Of a stretch of DNA of 64,000 nucleotides, positions 62,401 through 64,000 are shown piece by piece (the first letter of the stretch is position 1; every line of letters starts with the position of its first letter). The stretch spans positions 1,664,001 to 1,728,000 of the forward strand of contig CBDANS010000007.1 in assembly GCA_965197745.1 (NCBI GenBank), written 5' to 3'. The DNA is from Opitutales bacterium. Lineage in GTDB: Bacteria > Verrucomicrobiota > Verrucomicrobiia > Opitutales > PNEW01. A program made the translations under genes and the position numbers. The notes under the pieces were generated by a model. It did no database searches and was not told the DNA's origin. It saw only the letters and a list, made by a program, of their open reading frames with translations.

Positions 62401-63908
62401 CAGATATCCGCTTTCTCTTCTGTTACTGAAGTAAATAGGGTGGGGGTGCCTTTTCTATCCGTTACCCCTTTACGCTTGATTACCATCCAGAATACATTAA
62501 CCGCAAAAGCCAGATGGGCTATGGCAATAAGCACTCCAGAAGCGGTTCTCACTTTAAGCCACGGCAAGGTCCTGTTCATGACCTCGATAAAGGGTATATC
62601 AGAATTATTTAAATTTAGACCCTGCATCCAACCCCCGACATGTAAGACTACCAGCATAATCGTAATTCCCAAAGCGGCGCCCCAAAAATGCACTTTAATA
62701 AGGAGTTGAGAGGGCCACTCACGGTATAACAATCTTGGCATTATGAAATATATGCTGCCAAACATTACCATCGTAAAAAATGCATAGACGCCATGATGAG
62801 CATGACCAACGGTTAAATGGGTAAAATGGGCAGTCTCGCTAACTGATCGCAACGACATGGTTGAACCGATAAAACTAACCAGGGTATAAGACATAGCACC
62901 AAATACGACAAACCGAAGCGTGGGGCTTTCAATTACTTTGGAAAAATGCCCAATAACCGTCATATGATGATTTACAGCGGTAACAATAACGGGAATTACC
63001 ATCATTACACTGGCGACGATACCCGATGAAATTACCCAGGCAGGGACAGGACCTCCAATTAAGTGATGCACCCCCGCCCAGTTATAAAATAAAGCCAGTG
63101 TCCAGAAACCAAGTATCGACAAATAGTAGCTGTGTATGGGCCTGCCAATTACTTTGGGGATAAAATAGTAGGCGGCGGCAAGTGCCATCGGCGTGAACCA
63201 AAGTCCCAGGACATTGTGAGCAAACCACCAGTTGGTAAGTGATTGCACCGTTCCACGGGTTGGCTCAAACATAATCATGACGAGAGCTATGGTATAAATC
63301 CAGGGGAACCAGAAAAGTGCTCCCAATATATACCATTGTGACACATAGACGTGTTCAGTTTGGCGGTAATGAAAACAGATGATTCCCCATACCCCTATTA
63401 GAGCATAGGCGATCGCGATCAGAGGGGTGACGTAATTGGGCATTTCGAGCCACTCCACAGATGTCATGTCGCCCATAAAAATACCGGCTATTCCAATTGT
63501 TATCGCGATATTCCAAAAAATTCCGGCGGCCAGCAGCATTTCAAGATGTCGGATTTCTGTACGACACAGACGCGCCATGATCCAGAGTCCCACCGCAAAA
63601 ATAGCATTGTTGGACCACCCGTATACTACCGCATTTAAATGTGCTGACCGCACGCGGCCAAAGGTGAACCACTCCCAACTCCCTAAAAATTCTGGATGAT
63701 GGAACTTGATCGAGGTGATAAGCCCAAACAACGTGGCTGCGAGAAGCCAGAGTATGGCGGAAACTATAAAGAATAACCCCGGCCACTTCATTGAGCGATC
63801 GATCTCGCTTAGTTTTACCCTTGTATCAGATTGCAAATCTGATGGGGGTTGAAGCGATTCGTTAATTGAAGCGTCGGCACTCATGCTGTGTTCCTGGCTA
63901 TTTGGCAA
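62400..63908 (-). CDS. ccoN: cbb3-type cytochrome c oxidase subunit I
   Basis: FGRVR.AH.N, WWFAHN, G.HHL, GHAH; start may be 63884. Confidence 0.93.
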   Translation of the reverse strand: MPNSQEHSMSADASINESLQPPSDLQSDTRVKLSEIDRSMKWPGLFFIVSAILWLLAATLFGLITSIKFHHPEFLGSWEWFTFGRVRSAHLNAVVYGWSNNAIFAVGLWIMARLCRTEIRHLEMLLAAGIFWNIAITIGIAGIFMGDMTSVEWLEMPNYVTPLIAIAYALIGVWGIICFHYRQTEHVYVSQWYILGALFWFPWIYTIALVMIMFEPTRGTVQSLTNWWFAHNVLGLWFTPMALAAAYYFIPKVIGRPIHSYYLSILGFWTLALFYNWAGVHHLIGGPVPAWVISSGIVASVMMVIPVIVTAVNHHMTVIGHFSKVIESPTLRFVVFGAMSYTLVSFIGSTMSLRSVSETAHFTHLTVGHAHHGVYAFFTMVMFGSIYFIMPRLLYREWPSQLLIKVHFWGAALGITIMLVVLHVGGWMQGLNLNNSDIPFIEVMNRTLPWLKVRTASGVLIAIAHLAFAVNVFWMVIKRKGVTDRKGTPTLFTSVTEEKADI

Positions 63909-64000
63909 TCGCCTGCCCTTCCCGGTTAAATTTAGATTTATTTTCAGGAAAACAGTCAGTCTGTGCGCTTAGTGGTTCCTCCTCATCAAATATGCTGTAT

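Overview
Bacterial chromosome window, most likely Verrucomicrobiota (Opitutales-like; inferred from the integrase type, gene style and a recurrent C-terminal domain). About 1-33.3 kb is an accessory region of IS3-family elements from at least four lineages (A-D), mostly fragmented or chimeric. Between them lie cargo genes: stand-alone Cache proteins, R-M remnants, DUF5677/DUF4238-like genes, two TonB-dependent receptors, a GHL10-like hydrolase and a secreted protease. A decayed tyrosine integrase and a tRNA 3' fragment are also present. About 33.3-64 kb is mostly ordinary core genome (sulfatases, desaturase, ABC/TolC exporter, GT4s, SNF2 helicase, fdhD, psd, phoD, heptose genes, argS, cbb3 oxidase). 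Main finding: a family of 16-43 nt micro-elements, T(A/T)CCGAG-[triloop mini-hairpin]-GAC, in at least 17 copies. They sit inside the Glu/Gln codon of four conserved IS3 transposase motifs, with site-specific variants shared across IS lineages, and also in a REP-like palindrome and a heptamer repeat. Other highlights: a ~195 bp att-like arm fused three times to the same IS3 codon, and a ~280 aa C-terminal domain shared by unrelated secreted proteins. All calls are by eye; no searches were run.
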